Shown one piece after another: positions 42,227 through 54,362 of a stretch of 64,000 nucleotides of DNA. The notes beneath the pieces were generated by a model. The model was not told the DNA's origin, did not search any database, and saw nothing but the letters and a program-made list of their open reading frames with translations. The stretch spans positions 45,763,741 to 45,827,740 of the forward strand of contig CM041465.1 of assembly GCA_023213395.1 (NCBI GenBank). Direction: 5' to 3'. Position 1 is the stretch's first letter; each line of letters begins with the position of its first letter. The stretch comes from Cycas panzhihuaensis (lineage: Eukaryota > Plantae > Cycadophyta). Position numbers and translations under genes: made by a program.

Positions 42227-42663
42227 ATGTGCTAAGTAGATGCTTGCAATTTATGTTTAAAAATAATGATGCTGGAAAGAGGGCAAGAAGAATAAGGACC
42301 TATCGGTTGAATGCATCTCCTACAATGTTTATACGAACTATATCTAATATTTGTACAAATTATCTTTCATGAATTCTGTTGGATATTACTCCCAATTTTT
42401 TTAATCACTAAATAGAAAAAAAATTCAACAATTCTACTACACAAGGATTAGAGAAATTTTCTTCTTTTTTTTATAAATACCTTCTTTCCACAAACATAAA
42501 ATTCTTGCATCAAAATTTTCGAAGCTTAATCCCCCTCCATGTAAATGCACCCTTGCACCCTAAGAGGTTAGAAAAAATTTTAAGATGATATAATTTTTAT
42601 TTAAAAAAAAGAAACAAATTTTCACATAAAGAGTCGAGAACTTATACTTGGTCGTGAACATGT

Positions 42664-42967
42664 ATCAAGCATGCATCGAATAATTAAGTATGCTATATAG
42701 CTTGATTTGACCTAAGTTATTGTGCACGCCAATTTTTTCTAATTATATGTAAGGGAATAAACGACGTACATCTCTACGATATGTAAGGCGATAAACCACG
42801 TACATCCTCTAGGCCCTCGGACAGGAAGGAGTACGAAGCCTTGAAAATAACTTGAATTTGTTATTATTTTAATCCAATTATTATTCTGGTTAGAAGGACG
42901 TTATCTGGACCGTCTAAATCCAAGTCAGCAGAGTTAGTCCACGCTGTCTAGACACACGTGTCTGACG
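42664..42967 (+). promoter_or_regulatory. Proximal promoter region of BTS with IDE1-like motif, ACGT tandem and G-box
   Basis: ATCAAGCATGC at 42664-42674; imperfect 34-bp tandem with ACGTAC cores at 42745-42810; ACACGTGTC G-box at 42954-42962, then TGACG. CpG-rich and directly upstream of the ATG. TSS unknown. Confidence 0.55.
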
Positions 42968-43269
42968 ATTTACCACGGTGAAAATGGCGTTATGGTTGAG
43001 GAGCGTCTTCGGGGCAAGATACGTTGCCCGAGAGAAGCAGAAAAGGGCAAAAGGGAATGGGTGAGGATGTCGGTTGAATCCTCCGGCACCGCAAAATTGA
43101 GGAATCCTTCCATTTTGAAGATTCATCAAGGTATAGAGGCTGGTTTTAGATTGTACGTATCGTAACACGGTACAGAATTAAGGTCTTGTTTTGGTGGGAA
43201 TGATTTTCGGCTGCTTCATTTGGGGATAAGGCGGGGCCGAACCCTGGCTTTCGAAAAATTTGAAGTGGT

Positions 43270-43557
43270 ATGGCGACACCATTAACAGGGCTCCAGCATA
43301 CCGAGCGGCTTTTGGTACCCATGGCACGCACAATATCACCCTTGGATCCGCCGAAAATTTATGCGAGGCATTCGGCTCTGAGGTCCCCGATCCTGGTATT
43401 TCTTTTCTTTCAGAAGGCCATACGGTGCGAGCTTGACAGACTTCATCGAGATGCGTTGGCTATTGAGAAAGAGAGCGATGGCGAGATTCGCACCCTGCTT
43501 GATCGATATCATTTTCTTCGAGTCATTTATAAGCACCACAGCAATGCGGAGGACGAG
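43270..43557 (+). CDS. BTS: First coding exon (96 codons) of a BRUTUS/HRZ-type hemerythrin and RING zinc-finger E3 ligase
   Basis: MATPLTGLQH...SPILVFLFFQKAIRCELDRLH...RYHFLRVIYKHHSNAEDE matches the BTS/HRZ N-terminus and first hemerythrin domain. A phase-0 GT donor follows AEDE (GAG|GTGCTG), then U-rich intron-like sequence. Confidence 0.93.
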
Positions 43558-45057
43558 GTGCTGCATTTTGTTTTATTGCCTTTCTGTCTCTTGACAGTTT
43601 TTCTGTTGTTTTTGCCCCGTTTATTGCCAAAAGAATCCGTATCACTGTTATGGTTGCAGGTTAAGGATTATAGTAGTGTAATTCTTCTGGCTTTTGGTTT
43701 GAAGAGGAATTTATTTTGGTGGAGGATTCCTAATTAGGAATTTAAAAATATCTACTGCTGGCCTAGCAAGAAATATTTGATATTTAACCTTACTTTGAAA
43801 ATTGAAGACTATACATGATCTGAAAATGTTTGAATGATATTGCCCAGGGATAATTACAATCGTTTTAATTTTTAGGCCAATGCTTATTTTAATTTGTTGC
43901 GTTCTGGTTCATGATGGCACAAGTTTCTCCAAACCCTGGAATTTTGGTTGTAAAGAATTTGCGGATAACTTTTCCTCTTCATTCATATTATGTATTTTTG
44001 CTTTCAAAAGCCATGCATGAAATGCACTTCTCTTTTATGTAAAGCATTAACTATGTCCTAGTTATAGCGTTAGAGCCTTGGCACATCAGAAGAGAGCAAC
44101 TTTTTTTTTCCACCTATCCTGCCGAAGGTTTTCAGATTTGAGAGAACAGAGTCCAAACGAATGGCAGACAGGCGATTCTAAAGCGGGTGCTAATGCGCTA
44201 TGAAATCGTTCGTACTGCTTGTGAAGGGGGGGATGTTCTTCGCATGAACAAGAAATGTGATAGGAAATGACCAATAGATTTTGGATAATTCATTCTTAGT
44301 AGCCAGGACGAGTTACGGTTCTCACTTTCTCAAAAGAGGGCTGAGATAAGGCTCCCATAAAAATACCTGCTCTACATTTCAAGGTCAGATTCTGATTCAT
44401 CTCAAGTAGCTGAAGCCTTGACACTGATGTGACTACCCTTGGCATTTGGAAGCCCATCGGTCTTTGACAGGAGCAGCTTCTCAGCATTCCTTCCAAATCT
44501 AGGTGTAGATATTGTGGGGATAGAACTTTTCAAAATTGCTTGAAGAGCTCTTATGATATATTTATGCTTCTCAAAATCGGTGGCCCATCAAAGTGTGGGT
44601 CCCCATAATTGCTTGAGTTAACGTAAATTTCAGTCATAGTGCACAACATCACTCATTGGTTGGATTGTTATTTTAGTTTAGATCATTTGTGGATGTCTGC
44701 CCTAAGGATTATTTAAGTTGCAGACTTCAATGCAAGCAATTCAACTTGAGTGAAAATAGTGTCACCTTAATAATGAAAACCATGGACCACATGATTGATT
44801 TGGATTTCCAAAAAAGTGGAGGGGGTGGAATTTATGGATAGGTGCATTTGTAATGTCAATTAGAAACAAGTGAATAGTGTCAACCAAAATTTTAGTGGGG
44901 TGAACAACTATGCCGTATTGTGCAACGTGAATAAAGATGAGTATGAATGTTTATGAATTGGGAGGGATATATGCATTAGGATGAAAAACGTTGATTTGTT
45001 TATTGTGTCCTTGTCTAATATGTAGCTAATCGCGGAAAATGATTGAGGACCCACTCA

Positions 45058-45480
45058 GGAGGCTATCTTTGAGAGATTGAAGGATGCTTTACACACAACC
45101 TTGGTCGTAGTCTTGCTAGATTTGCAACAACCCTTTTGAGGTTCAAATTGATGCGTTTGAAGTGGTCATGGGAGTAGTGTTTAAGCAAGGAGGACACCAT
45201 GTCATCTACTAGTTTGAGACATTCTCATTGGTAAAGAAAAATTGTAACACTCGAGACAAAGAGTTATATGCCCTTGTCCATGCCATTACATAGCAATGTT
45301 ACTATCCAGTAGGCAAGGAGCCAATTGCTCATAGGGACCATTGGCTACTATAGCCTTTGCACTCGCAAAGTTGGATCAAGGAGCATTATTATATGATATA
45401 GCTTCATATTTGTAGCAGCTTCACTTGGTCATTAAGTATAAGAAGGGGGTCACCAAAAAGGTGCTAGATTTTCTTGGAAG
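45058..45480 (+). mobile_element. Gypsy RNase H fragment
   Basis: FERLKDAL..DLQQPF/EVQIDA..DKELYALV..LVIKYKKGVTKKVLDFL, similar to the RH region of the 4880 element. Confidence 0.75.
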
Positions 45481-46231
45481 TGCCCTTCTTTATACCATAG
45501 TGTCCTTGATGCAAAGTGTGCTAACTCCTTTTAGTGGTAAAGTTCTTACAACTCATCTTTGGTATAATCTACACCTTGATACAATAATTAGGTCAAGTGA
45601 ACTAGCAAGCATTTCTTGACTTCCACCTGTAGGTGAAAAGAGTGGATCTATCTTTCATCTCCATGCACTAAACACAAAGGCAAACATGGGAGCAAGAGAG
45701 ACTTGAGAGAAAGAGAGCAACTCTCATAAAATAGGGAGGTAAGAATGAGCCTCCTTCATTGAGCTTTTACTTTTATATTGAGAGAGAGAGCATTAGAGTT
45801 AGGTGAAATGAAATTACATATAATGCATATGAAAGGGCATTTCACTTAAGTGATCTAATTTAAAGTTCACTTAAGACCCTTTTTAGAAATAATCAACTAA
45901 TGTAATGACCTTGTGACATTAACCCGTTTCAATCTCCCTCTTAATGGTAGAAGGTCGTTTTATCCAATTTTATTCTATCCTATGAGGTTTTCATTTGAGC
46001 CTCTTACAAAGCAAACTACTATGACACTTTTGTGGAAAACCTTCATGGGGAAGAAAATCCACAGATTTTCTAATCTACTAACACAGCTCAAGGCTCTTTA
46101 AATGAAGTCAGATAGCCAATCAGTACAATGAATTTTGTAGCTAAAATCTACTAAGTCTTCATATACCATTTGGTCATCCTCCATGCCCTTTTGAGTTTTT
46201 ACAAGTTCTAATTTTTGAAAATGATACAACC

Positions 46232-46340
46232 CTTATCCTTTCGCATCTACAAGGGGTTTTCACGAATGGGATAGAGCAGAGACTTACTCTTGTCCTTCCG
46301 CACCCACAAGGGATTTTCACGAATGAGACAGAGTCTGATG
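46232..46340. repeat. Imperfect 57-bp tandem repeat in the 3' region of Copia A
   Basis: CTTATCCTTTCGCATCTACAAGGGGTTTTCACGAATG versus CTTGTCCTTCCGCACCCACAAGGGATTTTCACGAATG. Confidence 0.8.
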
Positions 46341-49300
46341 GTTCTATTGTCATCTCCTTCAATCAGTCGGAGATGGAGGCCCTAAGGCCGAGTTGTCTTC
46401 GGAACTGTTTAAACTTCACCCTCTTCAGTGGTTTGGTGAAAATATTAGCCATTTGATCTGCTATGGGGCAGTACTCCAATTGAATTATGTCATCATGAAC
46501 TAGTTCTCCAATTGTGTGGACTTTCGTACTTATGTTTGGTATGATCGTGAAATACAAGATTTTTAGCCATTTGGATTGTAGATTGATTATTTACATGTAA
46601 GCTAGTAGAACTTGTTTGGGTGGCATTTAATGTATTCAACAATTTTTTAAGTTATATCACCTCCTTGCTTGTCTTAGAAGCAGCAATATATTCAACTTCG
46701 GCAGTTGAGTCTGCAATTATCTTCTACCATCTGGATCTCCATGATATTGGTGCTGTTCCAAGAAATGTTACATACCCAGATGTACATCTTCTTGTGTCTT
46801 TATCTTCGGTAAAGTATGAGTTTGTGTATGCATAAAGTTTAAATTTTGCATTGAGTTCATATAACAGACTATATTTGCTAGTCATCTTCAGGTACCTCAA
46901 CACTCGTATTATAGCTTGCTAGTGATTCTGCGTAGGATTTATCATAAAACTTACAAGAATGCTGATAGAGTGTGTAATCTTTGGCCTTGTGTTGGTAGTA
47001 TAGATGAGACTACTTACAAGTTGCCTGTAGAGTGTTGCATCTGTCTCCCTAGTATCACTATCGACTAAGAGTTTAACATTAGGTTCTATAGGTGTAGCCA
47101 CTAGTCGAACACCTTCCAACTGAAACTTTGTTAGAAGATCGTTGATATATTTTTTTTGGGAGAGAAAGGATTTGCCATTTTTTTGAGTTACTTCAATTTC
47201 CAAGTAATATTTCATCAACCCGAGGTCAGACAATTCAAAAGTTTTAGCAAGGTCCTTCTGTAGCTGGCTGATTACGTGTTCACTATTCCCCGTTATTAGC
47301 ATATCATCCACAAAGATTAAGAGGTAAGTGACTTTATCATTTTGGTGTTTGATGAATAGTGTTGTATCAATATCTTAATAGTCACAAACCTCATATCCAA
47401 GTTGCCTTATTCTTTTAGACAACTTGGTAAACCAAGCATGAGGGGTTTGTTTTAGGCCGTACAAGGACTTTCTAAGCCTGCAAACCTTATGCTCTTGACT
47501 GACAATCTCGTATCCTTCTGGTTGAGCCATGTAAATTTTTGCTTTAAAGTCCCCATTGAGAAATGCAGTCTTAACATCGAGTTGGTGGATTTTCCAACCC
47601 TATTGAGCAGCCAAGGGTATAAGAGTTCTGATTGTAGGCTACTTGGTTGTAGGAGCAAAGATTTTAGTGTAGTCGATGCCTTCCCTTTGCGTGAATCCTT
47701 TTGCTACTAATCTCTCCTTGTGATTTTTTAGGGTGCCATCTGATCTGTACTTGTTTTTGAACACCCATTTGTTTTGAACTACCTTTCTTCCAAATGGTAG
47801 ATCAACAAGCTCCCATGTCCTATTCTTGATAAGAGATTTGTACTCTTCGTTCATGGCATTTTTCCAAGCTGCATGCTTTACAGCTTCTTGGTACGTTAGG
47901 GGCTCTTCATTAAGAGCAAGGTGCAATTCTACTTATTTAAGCTCAACGGAAAGTGATTCATGCATCTTTGCTCTATGGGCACTTCTAGCGCCAGTTTTGC
48001 GTACTTCATCTGGTCGCATGTCCTTGTGTAGTCGGTAGGCTTCACGAAAACCTCGAGTTGGAAATGAAAAGGTCTTTGTTTTGGTCCTGAAAAGAATCAT
48101 GTGAAATGTTTGGCATAGAGGAAGTTGAAAATGCTGGAGAAGATGGGCTAGCCACTGATGTTTGAGAAGGTGGTCCTTCTGCTATGGCTTTGCCTTTGTC
48201 AACTTGGCTGCTCTCAAATGATGGTGCTATATGTGCACACATTGGCTGGGAGTCACAACGTGTATCTTCTGGGGCTCTATTGTCAGATTTCAAGATTTTG
48301 AACAATTGTTGAGCATCTCCCCCCCTAAATCTTGGAATCTGGATATCAAATTCAATAGCATCATTAAATCGGTATGAAGGTATCTTGGAGTCAAGTCTGA
48401 GTAATTGATCTTCAGTCTCTACAAAGATAACATCTCTAGTGATGATGATTTTGTGTTGTGAAAGTAGAAAAATCTCATACCCCTTTTTGTCCATAGGGTG
48501 TCCGATAAAGATGTCTTTGAGGGCTCTATCTTGGAGTTTGTTTTTGTGTTCCTCCAGAATGTGAGCATAACAAGTAGAGCCAAAAATTTTGAAGTGGGAG
48601 ATAGAGAGGGTTTGTCCATACCATATTTCATGTGGAGAGGGGCCAAGCTTGGAGGGACTAACGATGTTGATGCAATACACGACAGTCGAGATAGCCTTAG
48701 CCCAAAGATAGACATGGACATTCTTATATACTAGCATAGCACGAGCATGTTCATGATGGTCCTGCTCATGTGCTTGACAACTCTATTTTGCTGGGGTGTA
48801 CTTGCAACAGTGGTCTAATGTTTGATCCTATGGTGACGTAGGTACGATTCAGACTCATTAGAGGTGTACTCGCCACCATTGTCAGTCATGAGTATTTTGA
48901 TCTTGAATCTAGATTCATTTTCCACGCGAGCCTTGAAAGCTTGAAACATAGAAAAGGCTTCATCTTTCTTTGCAAGAAAATTAACCCATACTTTCTTGGT
49001 AAAATCATCAATGAAAGTAATATAGTACCCCTTTTGTTTGAGAGAAGGGATGGGCATATGGCCGCATATATCTGAGTTTTTAAGTTGCAAAGGTTGGCTA
49101 GATTTCGACTGACTACGAGGAAATGGTTGTCTTTGAGATTTGACAATGATACATGCTTCTCATTTGAAGGGCTTAGAGGAGAGCCTAGGCATATTGGGAA
49201 GAGTGGCATGTAGTTCTCTTAAACGATCAATTTTGATATGGCTCATACGAGTATGTCATAGGGCCGCTTGGGACAACTTTTAAGGAGTCAGGGTTGTGGT

Positions 49301-51072
49301 AAAAGTAGAGTCATCATCAACATAGTTAGCTTCAGAGAATGGTGAGCCAATTAGGTGAAAAAGTTTGCTATCAAGAATTCTGGTCATAACCACATCATTT
49401 GAAGGAGGGTGAATGACATAGAGAGTTTGATTAATTGCAGTTATATTCAAATCAAATCCACGAGAGACAAGGGTAGATAGGGAGAGCAGGTTCTGCTTTA
49501 GAGCAGGGATATATAAAACATCAACAAGGGTAAAATCTGGAAGGCCTGGGAGTTTCAGGCAAACAATTCCAAGTCCTTTGACTGGCTGAGATGATTTGTT
49601 AGCCATGTGTACAACACCACGAACTTCAGAGTCAAAATCCTGAAAGAACTGATGATATGACAAGTCATATGTTGTGTTGCTCTAGTATCCATGATCCAAG
49701 ATGAAGTATTTGAGGTGGCACTATTTACAATTCCAAGTGGTGAAGGCAAAAGTGAATAAGCATAGCCACAATGAGCCTCAATATACTTAGTGGATCTATC
49801 AACAACATTTGATGAGTGGTCATAATTCTTTGAAGGTGTGCATGAGCAAATTGCGTTCCACCAAAAGCATCTTCAAAAGAAGTATTATCAACATTATGTG
49901 CACCATGGCGCTGTTGATAGCTTGGTAGTTTGTTGGTGGCAGCTCTGCAATTTTTGGCAGTGTCCTTTTCTATTACACCTTTGGCACACAATTATTTGAT
50001 TTACAGTCCCATAAGAAGTATTAGGCTAGTTGGATTGTCTTTGATTACTAGATCTGGGTCCATGTTGATTATTTTGGCCTTAGCCTTGAGACTGTTTTTG
50101 TTGGAGTTGAGGAGCTTGTTGACCAAGAGGACGTTGTCCTTGTTGTCTACCTCTGCCTCTTCCACGGGAATTACCACCTTTGTGAGAGTATTGACCTTGA
50201 TTTTTGGTATAAAAAAGATCTTCTTCCACTTCAAAAGCGGCATCAGCTGGATTTGATGTAGTGGCAAAGTTGGTATTAAAGGTCTTATCAAATTCAATGA
50301 ATTTATCAGCAAGAGCCTCAAAATTTAGGGTTTTTAAAGTGCCACTAAATTGAAGACTTTTCAGTAGATTTTTGTAATATGGGATATGGAGACATGACTG
50401 AATCAAGAAAGCCCATGTAATGTATTGAGTTTTGAAATCTTTATCAATGGCTTGCTTGATTGGATGAAGGAGATTGATTGTCTCAATTGCGTGTCTTTTC
50501 TGCATTTTCAATTTACTTATCTTTAGCACTAAGTGAACAAATTCTAAGTCTAATTTAGTGTGAAAGTTTTTCTTAAGAACTTCAAGAATTTTCCATGCTG
50601 TATCGTGTACAACTTCATCAATGAGATTATGCAGGGAATAATTAGTGACAAGGAGTATCTCTGCATGGATTTTATCATCATCAAGTTCCCATTGGCATTT
50701 GGCTGCAACTTTAGTGGGAGCAGTTGGAGCACCTCCTTCAGAAGTAGCTGTGGTAGCTATAGCAGGAACAACTGGTGTAAGTTGCAAGTGATCTCTCCAA
50801 AGACCTTCATACTTTATAGCATTTCTGACACCAGTGAACCATATGTCCCAATTTTCTTTCCCTTTAAGAATGAGGTTTACATTTTGCTTGAACTGTAAAG
50901 ACATTGTGTCTTTTGAGAAGGGAAGAAATGAACAAGGGACTATAAAACTGATGGCAATAAATGACCAATCACTGTTTACAAATGGGAGATGCAATGAAGT
51001 AATGTAGCAAAAGGAAGAAGAAGTGAGAATGGTTGCTCAAAGATGAAGGGAGCAACTTAGAGAAAAGTCACC

Positions 51073-51265
51073 AACACTTGTGACAAATATTAACCTAACG
51101 CAGCAGGAATATGAGAAGCACTATGATGAAAATTGGCCACTAACGCTTGTGGCAAATATTAACCTGACGCAGTAGGAATATGAGAAGCACTATGATGAAA
51201 ATTGGCCACTAACACTTATGGCAAATATTAACCTGATGCAACAAGAATATGAGAAGCACTATGAT
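51073..51265. repeat. 69-bp tandem repeat, ~2.8 copies, in the 5' leader of Copia A
   Basis: Units start at 51073, 51142 and 51211 (AACACTTGTG.CAAATATTAACCT...GAATATGAGAAGCACTATGAT). Confidence 0.92.
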
Positions 51266-52520
51266 TGTGATTACACTATGGATCACTTTTTACAAATAAG
51301 TAAGTGATCAATATACAAGATTGTAGGCCAATGTGGAAGCTGACATCATTGGGTGTACACAACTTGAAACTCAAATGTAGGATGCGTAATCAACCCAATA
51401 ACCTCTAACTTGTGTCCAATGTATAGTTGAGGTTGTTGAAGGGATGCTTAGGCTTCTAGTAGAATTAAGTTGGCCTTCACCTACGATACCTGCAATTGTG
51501 TTTGGTGATGAAATCCAAGTCACAATGGAGTTCAGGTACTCACAATGGAGGCCAAGTATTCCCAATCCTCACCCAGTACCCAATGAGTAGTTATATACCT
51601 CCTCCAAAGAGTGGTACGTGCATACGCATGGCTATGATAGATATTGGATCGGGTATATTTTAATCTTGTATTAAAGTTTCAGTTTTTCCGGTTGGTTATC
51701 AGGATGATCCCTTATTGAGGCACGGTGGTATGGCTAACCAAATCTCACCAATATTCCGGTTCAGCTCAGTCCCAACATGAAACCCACATCTCTTTTATGG
51801 CACAACACTCTGCGAACCAAGGTATCTCAACCTTGGCGAGTGTGTGAATAGGTACAAGATGGTGGAAAATAATGTATGTGATGCGTTCTTTTTAGGTAGA
51901 GTGAAAAAATTATCGAATTTTTATCAAACGTACATGTAATTGAAAATAAAGTGCTTGCTTGGAGTGTCTTTAGAGTGCTTACTTGAGGTGATTTTGGAGT
52001 GCTAAAATGTAATGCTGATAAGTGAGTGAGGACACCGAATATTGCTCCGATCCAGATGTTTTTTTTACTCACTTTTACAAAGGGCTTTTAAGCCTTATAA
52101 AAAGAAGGAAGAAAATTTCTTCACTTTCTCCCACGATAATGAAATTGAGTGTCAATTTTTTTGCTGCAAACTACACACTCCTAAAAACATTTAAGAAGGC
52201 ATCCAAAAGGCCAAGCATTTAGAACAAGTAATGGCATGGAGAAATAAGGGATTTAACAATAATTGAATTGATTGGTATGTTAGAAGATACAATGTTTTCA
52301 TAGAAAAATGATGTTAGATACCAAAACCAACCCAAATGATATTAATAGAAATTCTGTGTCAGCATCAGCCATAATGATATTAATAGAAATTTTGTGATAG
52401 CATCCACTGTGGTAAATTGAGAAAAAATTGGTATAGATCCTTATAAATTAAAGAAGGATATGGTTGAGTTTAGGGCACAACGACTCTATTTCTTTTGTGG
52501 CCAAAAGTGGAGTAGGGGGC

Positions 52521-54362
52521 TGTTGAATTATTTAATAGAGAATATGCAATATCATTATCAATGAGATAAACAACAAAAACATTATGGTAATTTCATTAAT
52601 TCAGAACCGAAACATCTACATCATAATGATATGACTCTACATCATGACTCCATAATAATGACTCCATCACAACTATACTTATTACTTTATTTTAGTCACT
52701 TATTTATACAACAAATGTGAGAATATGTAGGATGAGGTGTGGGATGAGTGGGACCCACTAACCTCTAACATGACCAATGACATACCACATTATTTGACCA
52801 ATAAACCAAAGACCACCTACTTGCACAAATGTACATTACAATATAATATTACTTCAACACCTCCCCTTAACGCACATTTGGGGTTATTTGAATTTGCAAC
52901 GTCTTGTTCTTGGAATTGTCTTAAAGATAATGTCTTCAACTCCAATCCTGTAATGATGTCTTTGTTGTAGTAGCTCTTGAAAGTAATGACCCTTGAACTT
53001 GACATTCTTCATTCTGGTGTTCTAATATGGATTCTTCACTATATGAAAAGTATGGTAAATCATAGTTGGTCCAATTTGATTGTGATGTAGATCCTATAGG
53101 CAATTCTATCGTTAATCGTATTCATGAATACTAACAACATCTTGAAATTCAAAATTTACATCAAGCATGTCTTCAATCATTGTTTCAATCACAACCTACT
53201 TGTCTTCACTTTCCTCAACACACAACTAATTAGTATTAATTGAATCAATATTAGGAATTGAAGGTAAAACACTAATAGAGGAATCAACATCATGAGAATC
53301 ATCTGTAGAATGAGCATCAACATCTTGTATGAATTCCCCTTAATCAACAAGTTCTTCAACTTTTGGAGCAAAATCTTCAACAACAAAGGTTTCTTCACAT
53401 GCAGTTAGAAATTCTTCAATAATAGAGTTTTCACACTTAGTTATAGATTCATCAATAGCCTCATCAAAAGTGCTACCGTCATCATCTCCTGTATCATAAC
53501 CATTAACAATCTTATTTACTTTTTTAATTGCTTTTTCCACAACTTGTTATATCTCTTTAGGAGTCTTTTTTGATGTATTCTTCAAAATGTTTCAAGCTTC
53601 TTTGGCATTACTAGCATGATGAATTGTAGGAATGACAAAATGATAGGAAGAAGGAAGCTTATCTTTATCTAATGCAGCAAGAATAACAACAATTGTTGTA
53701 CTATCTTTTTTCTTAAGCTTTTCTTTTCCTTCTTCATCAATAGGAACATCATATCCATCAGTAATAATTTCCCATAACCTTTTGTACACGAATACATTTT
53801 TCATTTTGTCTGCCCAATAGCGATAGTTTGTTCCTGTGTACTTGGGTAAAAGGAAGGGAAAGTCTTTAAAGTAATATTCATTCCTTTCAGGTACGAATAT
53901 GATTATGTCATTAACTTCCATGGCTGTAAGTATGAATTGCTCCTGAATGCATCACGCAAGTTCTATGCATCCACTTCAAACTTAAATAACTTAATCAAAT
54001 CAACACCAAAAAACTTCAAAACATAGCTCAAATTCTTCGTTTTTAAATCACGATCCCATCGGTTTAGACGATTTGCAAATTAGACTCCTAGATACAAAGA
54101 TATTGATGAAAACGTACAAACACCTCCTTATGAAAATAAAATTGACGTTGTTAGGGTTTTAGCCCCTTTAGTAGATTAATGGCTAGTCACATTGACACTG
54201 TATAAGACCAAGGACTTAACTACTTGGGGGCTAACAAACTCCAAACTGTGTTCTAATCTAATTAAATTAATCAAAATCTTTGGAAAAAATATTACCTAAA
54301 GTCAAAAAAATATAACCTGCAAACTCATTAACTGATTACAACGGTATTGGATGAATTTTTTT
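52521..54362 (-). mobile_element. Compact non-autonomous Copia-derived element; 3' LTR 52521-52859, 5' LTR not in window
   Basis: LTR with TGTTGAA...TTCAACA termini and PPT AAGGGGAGG. One frame (53921-52854) carries a Copia Gag N-terminus (YTGTNYRYWADKMK..LWEIITDG), an acidic linker and an RNase H-tail remnant; no PR, INT or RT. Confidence 0.8.

Larger units (their letters stand above)
45628..52000 (-). mobile_element. Copia A: decayed gag-pol and 3' LTR (45628-45931); 5' LTR not found
   Basis: Minus-strand PPT TTAAGAGGGAGA (45944-45933) followed by TGAAAC. Gag from ~50904; protease WIMDTRATQHMT; integrase FIDDFTKK..TDNGGEY; RT LVAKGFTQREGIDY; RH ANIFTKPL. Right boundary uncertain. Confidence 0.88.

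Noticed and set aside
43270-43737. 155-aa ORF as a complete gene
   Set aside because: BTS similarity ends exactly at a GT donor after AEDE; the rest is U-rich intron.
44136-44500. Possible next BTS exon or cryptic exon after TTTTCAG
   Set aside because: It starts with ATT TGA in the required phase and has no hemerythrin similarity; no support without RNA data.
51073-51265. Repeat array resembling CRISPR
   Set aside because: Contiguous tandem units with no unique spacers, inside a plant retrotransposon leader.
52043-52323. PBS-like strings (GCTCCGATCCA, GATACCA) for Copia A
   Set aside because: Poor match to GCTCTGATACCA and not followed by a copy of the 45628-45931 LTR.
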